A stretch of DNA of 38,578 nt, taken from a virus. Taxonomy: Duplodnaviria > Caudoviricetes. Below are positions 1 through 8,033 of this stretch, in pieces. Location of the stretch: IMG/VR virus record IMGVR_UViG_3300036987_000137, positions 1-38,578 of that record. One strand, given 5' to 3'. The first letter of the stretch is position 1. Each line of letters starts with the position of its first letter. The notes below the pieces were generated by a model. That model made no database searches. It was not told the origin of the DNA and was given only the letters and a program-made list of their open reading frames with translations. Position numbers and translations under genes: made by a program.

Positions 1-31
1 TCGCATGCTCTACCAACTGAGCTACCTGGGC
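1..31 (-). tRNA. Host tRNA, 5' half only, probably tRNA-Phe (anticodon lies outside the window)
   Basis: Reverse complement reads GCCCAGGTAGCTCAGTTGGTAGAGCATGCGA: acceptor 5' strand, D-arm GCTC/GAGC and start of the anticodon stem, as recalled for alphaproteobacterial tRNA-Phe. Confidence 0.85.
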
Positions 32-54
32 TCGCGCGGACGCGATGTGTCGGG

Positions 55-83
55 CTTATAGAAAGCGCGCAACGACTTGTCCA
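55..83 (-). promoter_or_regulatory. Sigma70 promoter of the host tRNA
   Basis: Minus strand TGGACA (83-78), 17 bp spacer, TATAAG (60-55), upstream of the tRNA 5' end at 31. Confidence 0.7.
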
Positions 84-105
84 GACCCGCTAGGGTGGCG
101 AATCC

Positions 106-264
106 TGTAACGCGACAGATCACATGTAACGCGACAGATCAGATGGCCCAGGCGGGTTTAGGTGGGATTGCGCGGGATTGAGTGGTCATAGGGCCCGGAA
201 AAGCGGGCGATGGCGCATTCCGCAGGGCTTTGATGCGGTATGCGCCGCGACAGATCAAATGGCC
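106..264 (+). repeat. Prophage left end: three putative transposase-binding direct repeats
   Basis: TGTAACGCGACAGATCA at 106-122 and 125-141, plus TGCGCCGCGACAGATCAAATGGCC at 241-264; consensus TGnnnCGCGACAGATCAnATG. The first copy starts with the TG typical of Mu-family ends. Confidence 0.8.
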
Positions 265-557
265 TAAAATCTTGCGCGGCGCGGCGCCTAGTAAATCAAA
301 AAAGCCCGAAAAAGCGGGAGTTAAAGCTTGGCCTGGCACGCGAACTCGGAAGTCAGCGCCGATCGAGAGTGCAAGGATCAAAGCAGCGGAAACGTCCAAA
401 CATCTAAGGAGAGCGCCCAGTCTGAAACAGTCTAGTATACTTGTAAACTAGGAATTGGAATGGGCTTCTAAGGGCGGTCCGGGCCGATCGGAATTCCGCA
501 AAGCGCCCGAAGTGGACTTTGGCAGTATGCACTTAACTTAGCAAGCCGCATAAAAAT

Positions 558-1013
558 CAGGCAGCGCGCCGGTTCCACAGGTGGCGCAGACGTAGACTCG
601 ACAAAAAATAGCGAATCGGCTCACCATCCTCGCGCCGATCTTCACAGGATCGAGAGCGCCTCTCTCGGCAACCTTGCGCCATCGGCAAGCCCACGATCAG
701 TTAGCTAAGCGCAGGCGAATCGCTGGCGCAAACGCAGGCGGATAAGGCACGTGGGGGCTACCGGAAGCGGTCTAGAACGCGGATGGTGGGCCGATAGAGA
801 CCTGCGAGCGACGGCTCATTCGCAACGCGTGACGTGAACGCTTCCCTTTAAGGGTCGAGCCGGCGTGATCCGAGGTCAACGAGCTATGCGCTCACAACCT
901 CGTAGCAAGGCGAAGTGAAGGTTGATCTAGCTGCCTGCCTATGGCCGGTTGTCTGGTTAATCAGCCTTTTCGTTTGAACCACGGCGGGAGCCTTCGGGCT
1001 CCCGTTTCTCTTT
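558..1013 (+). ncRNA. Putative large structured non-coding RNA of unknown family (5' end may extend to ~450)
   Basis: Nested helices 558-565/930-937, 615-629/781-795 (15 bp), 690-695/750-755, 799-803/873-877 and 895-900/919-924, plus many small hairpins. G-U wobbles favour the + strand. No credible ORF; ends at a terminator. Confidence 0.6.
984..1013 (+). terminator. Rho-independent terminator
   Basis: GCGGGAGCC-TTCG-GGCTCCCGT, a 9-bp stem with a C(UUCG)G tetraloop, followed by TTCTCTTT. Confidence 0.8.
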
Positions 1014-1147
1014 CACAGGTAGCCTGCGCTTCTTCAGACTCGCGCCTGCGTCCTTCTTTGGCTTAGGCTGAGGCGAGGTTGCAAGGTTACGTTTCGAAGC
1101 TGCATCCTCACGCTGCGCGATTTCAACCTTGGAAAGAGAGGGCTGTC

Positions 1148-1738
1148 GTGTCAAAGCGCGATCCATTGAAACGGCTTATCAAGAAGTACCCTCCGCCTGA
1201 AGACCTGGAGGGAATCATGGGGAGACTGTCCTCAGAATCTGATCGTAGCGCAGCGATTATAGCGGCTGGAATTTTAGAGGGGCTTCTCGAACGGATAATC
1301 ATATACCGTCTTGCGAATAAGGATCCAAATCTAATCGGAAAGCTCTTTAACAACCGCGGTCCTCTATCTGATTTCCACTCAAAAATACTTATAGCAAGCG
1401 CATTAGGGATAATCTCGCAGCTATGCGAGAATGACATGCACCGAGTTAAAGCTATTAGGAATGTTTTTGCTCACGCCGTAAACCAAGTAACATTTGACAC
1501 GCCTGAGATAGCTACGGAAATTGACGAGATAAATATCATAAACGTCATGTATAGAGCGAAGCCAGACGGCAGAGATGGAATGAAAAAACTAAACAATAAG
1601 AGCGCTTATATCCTTGCTGTCAACTTAATGTGTATTGCCTATGACGGCTTCCACCAAAAGGCTGGAGGGAGCCCAATCATAACTTATTATTCCGACTCTC
1701 AACCGCGCGAACGCGGCACATTTCATCAAAAATCGTAG
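1148..1738 (+). CDS. MtlR/DUF4145-like HEPN-domain protein, putative RNase
   Basis: SDRSAAIIAAGILEGLL helix, GPLSDFHSKI..A.ALGII, and IRNVFAH (RxxxxH). AT-rich. GTG at 1148 follows a purine-rich RBS; the ORF is open from 1079. Confidence 0.75.
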   Translation: MSKRDPLKRLIKKYPPPEDLEGIMGRLSSESDRSAAIIAAGILEGLLERIIIYRLANKDPNLIGKLFNNRGPLSDFHSKILIASALGIISQLCENDMHRVKAIRNVFAHAVNQVTFDTPEIATEIDEINIINVMYRAKPDGRDGMKKLNNKSAYILAVNLMCIAYDGFHQKAGGSPIITYYSDSQPRERGTFHQKS

Positions 1739-1761
1739 CTACAATTTCACACTCAATATTA

Positions 1762-2304
1762 CTAGCCTTCAATAATATTTCCCCATTTCTCTTTAACTTT
1801 AGCTTCAAAAGCATCGAAATTCGATAGTCTTGAAAGCGTGGATGTTAGTGAAATAGTACGGATAGCACCTAGAAATATGCAAATCTGCCCTAATGTTAGA
1901 CTAAATATTGATAAGTAACGCGGTAAAGAGCCTACCGAGATTATGCCTGCTATCTTTTCTTTTTCCAAATCAAATGCGCGCATCAGCGCAGATAACTTGC
2001 TTGCGGTGCTGATATCGATAAACGTACAAGACAGCTGTATGAGAACTATGCCCATCGAATAGTAAGCTATACTAAACATCATAACCCGAGCGGTTTTTGC
2101 TATTGTCATTATAACATCTTCTCTCATGCCCACGATGCTTTTATATTCCGCTATAGCCTTGTCTCTCCGTTTTAAGATAGATGCGTCGCGTCTTTTAGAG
2201 AACCAAAACTCAATACCTGTCTGATTTTTATTTATAAAATAGGTGGATATAACGCCGATTACGAGGCTAATGGGAACAGCTATGTAGTTGGGGATGTCCG
2301 ACAT
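1762..2304 (-). CDS. AT-rich membrane protein (about 3 hydrophobic segments), unknown function
   Basis: Hydrophobic stretches YIAVPISLVIGVISTYFI, VMMFSIAYYSMGIVLIQLSCTFI and YLSIFSLTLGQICIFLGAI. RBS AAGGGG precedes ATG 2304; the ORF is open to 2313. Confidence 0.75.
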   Translation of the reverse strand: MSDIPNYIAVPISLVIGVISTYFINKNQTGIEFWFSKRRDASILKRRDKAIAEYKSIVGMREDVIMTIAKTARVMMFSIAYYSMGIVLIQLSCTFIDISTASKLSALMRAFDLEKEKIAGIISVGSLPRYLSIFSLTLGQICIFLGAIRTISLTSTLSRLSNFDAFEAKVKEKWGNIIEG

Positions 2305-2691
2305 CACTTTCACCCCTTAAGAGTTGCACGCATCTGCGAATCACTCTCGTTCAGGCTTCACAACATATCCGGCGCAGGCTGGGTTTGCCAATTACGCTGC
2401 TTATGGACAAATAAACTCTCCGGAGACGTTATTCATTACAAATACACTTGCATAGGTCGGGACAATTCGCGCGATTAAGTTGCTCGATCTGAGAGACGCC
2501 GCTTCGGGTCACAATCGGAAATTCAAAATAACCCACCACCGCCGCGCCCTGTTGGCTTTGCCTATGCCAAGAAAATAGGTGTCGTTCTCGGTGTGCGCCT
2601 CACGGATAATCCGGTCGATACAAGACCAAGAGTCTCTATTCGACTCCATAAAAAGAAGGGCGGGGATCGATTCCGAACATCCTGGCCTGGA

Positions 2692-3405
2692 TCACAATCG
2701 ATTGTCCCACCATATCACGCGGCCGATGATCTTGAGGCGCTTGAGGTCGGGGCCGCGCATAATTTCGGGACTATATTTTCGATTGTCGCTGGTCGCGACA
2801 ATCTCCTTGCCGACACGGCTTAGGCGCTTCACGCGCAAATGGTCCTCCTGTAGGAAGACGAAAATATCGAGGTCGCCAGAGGCCTTCGGAGCCATCCTCG
2901 GCAGCTCCGCTTCACTCTCATTCACGAGGAGTAACGCCTTGTCGTCGAAGGTCGGCCACATGCTATCGCCAGACGCGCGCATGAAGCTCACCTTGGCGCC
3001 CGGCGCCGCGAGCTTATGCAGCATCCAGAGCGGGAACGGCAGTGTCGCTTTGGCCGCGTGTATTTGATTGACCGATCCGGCGCCGGCTGCGGCTCTTACG
3101 TCGAGCTTGGGAACGCTGGCCACATCGAGCGGTGCCGCCTTCTCGCGATGGCTGGGCTTTGCGAGTCGCGTCGGCGTCGGATCGTCGCTCGTTCCCGCCA
3201 AATAGCTCATTGAGACATTCAGCCTAGTCGCGAGCTTCAGCAGCGTATCCGACCCCGGATCATTCGCGCCGCGCGCGAGCCGCGCCAAGGTCGTCGCGGG
3301 TATGTCGAGGTCCGAGGCGGCGGCGGCGTAGGAAGGATATTTCGCCAATAGGCCTTTGAGCCGCGCGGGAAAATCAACCAAGTTCGGTTCATCTTGGCCG
3401 ATCAT
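2692..3405 (-). CDS. CI/LexA-like repressor (HTH + S24 peptidase)
   Basis: N-terminal XRE-type HTH, Ala-Gly cleavage site (RAAAGAG), catalytic Ser in GDSMWP and Lys in RVKRL, C-terminal IIGRVIW. Divergent from ner. Confidence 0.92.
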   Translation of the reverse strand: MIGQDEPNLVDFPARLKGLLAKYPSYAAAASDLDIPATTLARLARGANDPGSDTLLKLATRLNVSMSYLAGTSDDPTPTRLAKPSHREKAAPLDVASVPKLDVRAAAGAGSVNQIHAAKATLPFPLWMLHKLAAPGAKVSFMRASGDSMWPTFDDKALLLVNESEAELPRMAPKASGDLDIFVFLQEDHLRVKRLSRVGKEIVATSDNRKYSPEIMRGPDLKRLKIIGRVIWWDNRL

Positions 3406-3472
3406 GCGCTTGAGCCAACCAAACTTGATTGACAGCCGCCCAAAGCTCTGCAATCTTCGACCAACATTGGTC
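3376..3472. promoter_or_regulatory. Three 14-bp palindromic operators and the early rightward promoter
   Basis: AACCAA-GT-TCGGTT (3376-3389), AACCAA-AC-TTGATT (3417-3430), GACCAA-CA-TTGGTC (3459-3472). TTGACA at 3429-3434; possible -10 CAATCT at 3451-3456. Confidence 0.75.
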
Positions 3473-3492
3473 CAAGCGAACGGGGCGGGTCC

Positions 3493-3810
3493 TTGCAGGC
3501 AAGCGAAATAAAATGCGGGTGGGATCGATATGCGATCCGAGCCGAGATTAGCCGTCGCGGATCAAGTTTGGCTGAAATCGGCCGCGGCGTTGGCCTGCGT
3601 CGGACCACGATGGTGTGGGCGTTCATCCACCCGCATCTGCGAGCGAACCAGGCCATCGCCGAATTTCTCGGCGTGCCGCTCAACGAGCTTTGGCCGCAGT
3701 GGTTCGACTCGGACGGCAAGCTGATCTCCCGTGAGGCGACCCCTCGCCCGGAAATCAAGCGTATCCCGCGCCGTTCTAGTCCGTCCAGACCTCGCAAGAG
3801 GGCGGCTTAA
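3493..3810 (+). CDS. ner: Ner/Nlp-family HTH regulator
   Basis: WDRYAIRAEISRRGSSLAEI...ANQAIAEFLGVPLNELWPQWF is typical of Ner; first gene of the early operon. Confidence 0.88.
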   Translation: MQASEIKCGWDRYAIRAEISRRGSSLAEIGRGVGLRRTTMVWAFIHPHLRANQAIAEFLGVPLNELWPQWFDSDGKLISREATPRPEIKRIPRRSSPSRPRKRAA

Positions 3811-3940
3811 GACATGGTTAACCACCACATCGGGCGGTCTTTCCCCTTGCTCCCGCCCGATTGCGCGGCGGCCGTGTTCCCGGCCTCCCACAGGCTTCTC
3901 CGGCCGCCGCGCTTTTTCCTTCCCGATGGAGATTTCCACG

Positions 3941-4147
3941 ATGTCGCATAAGGAGCTGCTTAAGCAGGGTCTACGCCGTCAACTGGCGGATGGAAAAACA
4001 CTCGCCGACATCATCGTAGAGTTGTCGTTAGGGCTGCTCGTCGATGTCGACGCGGGCGAGCTCAGCACATCCGAAGCTCTGGCGATTTTCAACCTTTACC
4101 AAAAGGCGCTGCGGGATATGGCGAAGGATGAGGGTCGCGCACTATGA
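3941..4147 (+). CDS. Hypothetical protein, 68 aa
   Basis: GGAGA RBS before ATG 3941; ATGA overlap with the next gene. Confidence 0.65.
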   Translation: MSHKELLKQGLRRQLADGKTLADIIVELSLGLLVDVDAGELSTSEALAIFNLYQKALRDMAKDEGRAL

Positions 4148-4995
4148 CCTCCGCGCAGACCGTCAAAATCGCGCAAATCGACGCATCGGGACGAAAGCGT
4201 CCAGTCGATCCGATCCGCGTCGAATTTTATAGATCGATTGCGGACCAGCGGCTCGCCGAAGGCCTCTCGCCACTCGTGCAACCGATCGTCATCCGCTCCG
4301 TTGGCGATGGTTATAAGCTCACGACCGGCGGCCATCGGCTTGAGGTGCTCAGGGGCCTGGGAAGAGAGACGTTGGTCATCGGCGTCGACGTCGTCATTCG
4401 CGACGAAGACGAGGAGGGCGCTCGCGCTTCCGAGATTTTCGAGAACATCGGCAACGCCGGGCTGACGGCGCTCGATCGCGCGATTTTTATCGCCGAAGCG
4501 AAGGATATTTACAACAAAACACGTCTGAAAATCAGGCAGTCAAAACGGAAAGATATTCAAGTTCAATTCGATAAAGAGAGTCCGGAAACCGGACTCTTTC
4601 TGTCTGAGAGATTTACGGATCAGGTCGCGAAGAGGGTCAATCTCGGTCGGTCGCAGATTTTCGAAGCCCTCGCGATCGCCAAGGCACTCAATCCTGAGGT
4701 CATCCCGCAGCTGCGCGGAACGACGATCGAGGACAATCAGAACGAACTGAAACAACTCGCCGCACTCGATGGTGGACATCAGCGCAAGGCCGTCGCCTCG
4801 ATCTTACGCGGCGAGGTCAAGACAGTCGCTCAGGCGCGCGTCGCGATTGGCGTCGACAAGCCCAAGGCAGACGATCAGCAAGCGCGCATCTACGCCGACC
4901 TGCTCGATCGTTGGTCGAAGGCCAGCAACAAGACCAAGCGGCAATTCATGGCCGACGTCGGACTCGTCTACGCCGACAAGGACGAGAAGGCCTGA
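4144..4995 (+). CDS. ParB N-terminal-domain protein
   Basis: LVQPIVIR..GDGYKLTTGGHRLE and EIFEN are ParB/Srx motifs; a HTH-like region follows. Confidence 0.85.
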   Translation: MTSAQTVKIAQIDASGRKRPVDPIRVEFYRSIADQRLAEGLSPLVQPIVIRSVGDGYKLTTGGHRLEVLRGLGRETLVIGVDVVIRDEDEEGARASEIFENIGNAGLTALDRAIFIAEAKDIYNKTRLKIRQSKRKDIQVQFDKESPETGLFLSERFTDQVAKRVNLGRSQIFEALAIAKALNPEVIPQLRGTTIEDNQNELKQLAALDGGHQRKAVASILRGEVKTVAQARVAIGVDKPKADDQQARIYADLLDRWSKASNKTKRQFMADVGLVYADKDEKA

Positions 4996-4998
4996 TCG

Positions 4999-7116
4999 AT
5001 GCGCGACTGGCTCTCGGCACAAAATCTCGCATCGCTCGCGCTTCCGGGCCTTCCGGCCACGGAGCGCGGCTGGCGTGACTATGCCGAGCGCGAGGGCTGG
5101 CTTGCGCAAAAGGACAAGGTGCGGGCGCGCCGGGGTCGCGGCGGCGGACTGGAATTCCACATCGATCTTCTGCCGTCCGCGACTCTCGCCGCCTATGTCG
5201 CGAAACATGTCGGCGCCGTCGATCTCAAGGCGGAATGTTTTGCGCCACTCGAAACGTCGGAGGCGCAGGACGCGCAACTCACGCTTCCCGCGGCTGAATC
5301 CCGCGACGCCCGTCTCGCACTGCTCGCCGCCGCCGATCGGCTCGCGCGCGACGGCAATCTGTCGCGAACAACCGCCGACCGCCTATTTGTCGCACGCTAC
5401 AACCTCGCCAAGATCGACGTTGAAACATGGGTGCGCCAGGCGTGCCCGAAGATCTCGCCGCGCTCGCTGCGCCGCTGGCGGAGTCTCAAGTCATACCAAG
5501 GAATTTCACGGCTCGGCGTCGATAAGGGCGCCGCGCGTAGGGGTAAGGGTGCTCTCGAGTCCGGCGAGCAGGGAAAGATAAGAGCGTTCCTGCTCGCCGC
5601 CATCGCAAAACAGCCGCATCTGACGAGCGATCATCTCAAAGCGCTTTGCGAAGATAAATTTCCGTCGATCAAAGGCGTCTCGCTGCGATCGTTCCAGCGC
5701 CTGCGCGCCAAGATCGAGCGGGAGGACAAGGTTCTCCTCACCAAGGCGACGAATCCAGACGCCTTCAAGAGCAAATACAGGCTCACCGGCTCAAACTCGC
5801 ATCCCGTGTCGCGGCTCAACGAGCTTTGGCAGATCGACGCTTCGCCGGCAGACGTCATGTGCGTCGATGGTCGCCATTCGGTCTATCTCTGCGTCGACAT
5901 CTTCTCGCGTCGCCTTATCGTTTACGTCTCCAAGACGCCGCGCGCCGAGGCTGTGGCGCTGCTGATCCGCCGGGCGATCCTCGCCTGGGGCGTTCCCGAG
6001 CGCGTTCACACTGACAATGGCTCGGATTTCACCGCCAAGAGCACGCAACGCCTGTTCGCCGCGCTTGGCATAGAAGTCGAGCTGTCGCGGCCCTTCCAGC
6101 CGCAGGAAAAAGGCCATGTCGAACGCGCGGTGCGCACCTTTCAGCATGATCTTGCGCCGCTGATCGCAGGCTTTATCGGCCACAACGTCGCCGATCGAAA
6201 GGTGATCGAAGAGCGCCGGGCATTCTCGCAACGGCTCGGCCTCGACGACGCCGGCGCGATGAAGCCTCAATACGCCGGCGCGGAGCTACAGGCGATCTGT
6301 GACGAATGGGCCGGGGGGCGCTATGCCAATCGTCCGCACGGCGGCTTGAATGGAGCGACTCCATCCGAGATGGCCGCCGCGTTCGACGGCGTCGTGCGTC
6401 GCATCGACGATGTCCGCGCGCTCGATTTGCTGCTCGCGCCGATCGCCGGCGGCGACGGCACGCGCATCGTCACCAAGAAGGGCGTGCGCATCGATCACTC
6501 CTACTATCTGGCGCCGAACGTCATGCCTGAAACGCGCGTCTTCGTGCGTATGGACCCGGAGGACATGGGGCGCGCCTGGCTCTTCTCCGAGGACGGCGCG
6601 GAATTTTTGGGGGAAGCAATCTGCCCCGAGCTTGCCGGAATCGATCCCAAGGCGGCGGTCATGGAAGCGCGCACGCAGCAGAAACGTCTGCTCGAAGAAA
6701 GCGCCGCGCAGTTGCGGTCCGACATGCGGCAGATCAAGCCGCGCGACATGGTCGACGTGATTGTCCGCAAGGCCGCGAAGGACGCCGGCAAACTCGTCGA
6801 ATTTCCGAAGCGTCACGAGAGCTACACGACGCGGGGGCTTGAGGCCGCCGGCGAGGCGGCCGGAAGCGTCCAAGCGCCTCCGCTTCCGATTTCCGATCAA
6901 TTTGTCGACGCAAGATCGGAAGTCGCCCCCGTTCATCAGCTCCCTGAAACGCGCCAGCAGCGATTCCGCCGCGCGCGCGAGCTGGAAGCGCGTCTCGAAA
7001 ACAATGAGCGTCTCTCAAACAAAGAGGCGTTGTGGCTCGGCGGCTACCAAGCCGGCGCCGAATATCACGCGATGAAGGAGATGTTCGAGGAATTCGGCGA
7101 AGCCGCGTTGCGGTGA
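4999..7116 (+). CDS. MuA-like DDE transposase
   Basis: Mu-type N-terminal HTH (WLSAQNLASLALPGLP..RG), DDE triad in WQIDAS / HTDNGSDF / KGHVER, Mu transposase C-terminal region. Confidence 0.96.
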   Translation: MRDWLSAQNLASLALPGLPATERGWRDYAEREGWLAQKDKVRARRGRGGGLEFHIDLLPSATLAAYVAKHVGAVDLKAECFAPLETSEAQDAQLTLPAAESRDARLALLAAADRLARDGNLSRTTADRLFVARYNLAKIDVETWVRQACPKISPRSLRRWRSLKSYQGISRLGVDKGAARRGKGALESGEQGKIRAFLLAAIAKQPHLTSDHLKALCEDKFPSIKGVSLRSFQRLRAKIEREDKVLLTKATNPDAFKSKYRLTGSNSHPVSRLNELWQIDASPADVMCVDGRHSVYLCVDIFSRRLIVYVSKTPRAEAVALLIRRAILAWGVPERVHTDNGSDFTAKSTQRLFAALGIEVELSRPFQPQEKGHVERAVRTFQHDLAPLIAGFIGHNVADRKVIEERRAFSQRLGLDDAGAMKPQYAGAELQAICDEWAGGRYANRPHGGLNGATPSEMAAAFDGVVRRIDDVRALDLLLAPIAGGDGTRIVTKKGVRIDHSYYLAPNVMPETRVFVRMDPEDMGRAWLFSEDGAEFLGEAICPELAGIDPKAAVMEARTQQKRLLEESAAQLRSDMRQIKPRDMVDVIVRKAAKDAGKLVEFPKRHESYTTRGLEAAGEAAGSVQAPPLPISDQFVDARSEVAPVHQLPETRQQRFRRARELEARLENNERLSNKEALWLGGYQAGAEYHAMKEMFEEFGEAALR

Positions 7117-7164
7117 GTTCCGCCGCTCGACTGGGGCGAATGCGTTGAGTGCGTTCGAAAAAGC

Positions 7165-7197
7165 GAGAGGCGCGCCGCTGGTAACGGCGCGCCTCTC
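7165..7197. terminator. 13-bp perfect hairpin between the A and B genes
   Basis: GAGAGGCGCGCCG-CTGGTAA-CGGCGCGCCTCTC. The A-tract at 7158-7162 supplies a U-tail only on the minus strand. Confidence 0.6.
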
Positions 7198-7226
7198 AAG
7201 GACAGAAATAATCAGACGAGGACATA

Positions 7227-8033
7227 ATGTCAGACGCCATTCCGAAAATCAAACCGCCGCCGCCAAGAACGGGTTCAGCGAATTTCGCGGCGCTTAAAAA
7301 CGTCTCAGGCTTTCGGGAGCTGGTGGCGCGAGTCACCGATCGAGCGCCGAGCCTTCCTAACATCGGCGTGATGCATGGCCGCTCTGGCGACGGCAAGACC
7401 TATGCGTCGATCTACGCGCAGAACAAGACGCGCGCCATCCGCGTCGAGGTCGGCGACACCTGGACCCGCAAGACGCTGCTGACGGCGATCCTGCGCGAGG
7501 GCGGCGTCGCGCGCCCGCAGGGCTCAATTCCGGAACTTGCGGAACAGGCGATCGCCATGCTCGCCGAAGAGCCCAAGCGCCCGCTGTTCATCGACGAGGC
7601 CGACAAGGTCGTCGACAAGGGCTACGCGGAACTCATGCGCGAGATCGCGATGAGCAGCAACGTGCCTGTGCTGCTCATCGGCGAAGAGGCGCTGCCGCAG
7701 AAGCTCGCAAGGATCGAGCGTCTTCACAACCGCGTGCTCGCCTGGTTCGGGGCCGAGCCCTGCGATCTCGAAGACGCGCGCAAGCTCGCCGATCTGCTGC
7801 TGCCGGTCGCGATTGGCGACGATCTGTTGGAAGACATCCGCATCCAGGGCGACGGCCGCGCGCGGCGCATCGCCACTTCACTCGATGGCGTCTCGCAATG
7901 GGCGCGCAACGCCGGCGCGAAGGAGGTGACGCGCGCCAATTACGCGGGCCCGATCTACACCGGCGAGCCGCCAAAGGCCCGCGCTTCACGGCTCATCGTC
8001 GCGCGCAGCGCCAAGAGCGGGAGGGCGGCTTGA
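7227..8033 (+). CDS. MuB-like AAA+ transposition ATPase
   Basis: Walker A GRSGDGKT, Walker B LFIDEAD; directly follows the transposase. Confidence 0.92.
   Translation: MSDAIPKIKPPPPRTGSANFAALKNVSGFRELVARVTDRAPSLPNIGVMHGRSGDGKTYASIYAQNKTRAIRVEVGDTWTRKTLLTAILREGGVARPQGSIPELAEQAIAMLAEEPKRPLFIDEADKVVDKGYAELMREIAMSSNVPVLLIGEEALPQKLARIERLHNRVLAWFGAEPCDLEDARKLADLLLPVAIGDDLLEDIRIQGDGRARRIATSLDGVSQWARNAGAKEVTRANYAGPIYTGEPPKARASRLIVARSAKSGRAA

Noticed and set aside
1-105. tRNA as an integrase attachment site
   Set aside because: No integrase is present, the junction is upstream of the tRNA promoter instead of in its 3' end, and the end has transposon-type TG plus repeated boxes.
106-264. Direct repeats as a CRISPR mini-array
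   Set aside because: Only 2 nt separate the first two copies, spacing is irregular, and there are no cas genes.
615-795. Retron msr-msd or intron interpretation of the long inverted repeat
   Set aside because: No reverse transcriptase in the window, and no group I core or group II domain V motif recognised.
139-1166. ORFs 139-399(-), 182-451(+) and 957-1166(-)
   Set aside because: No recognisable domain or RBS; they overlap the end boxes or the terminator, so they are probably spurious.
2340-2690. Possible ~46-aa ORF downstream of the repressor (MESNRDSW...)
   Set aside because: No RBS or recognisable motif; cannot be supported from sequence alone.
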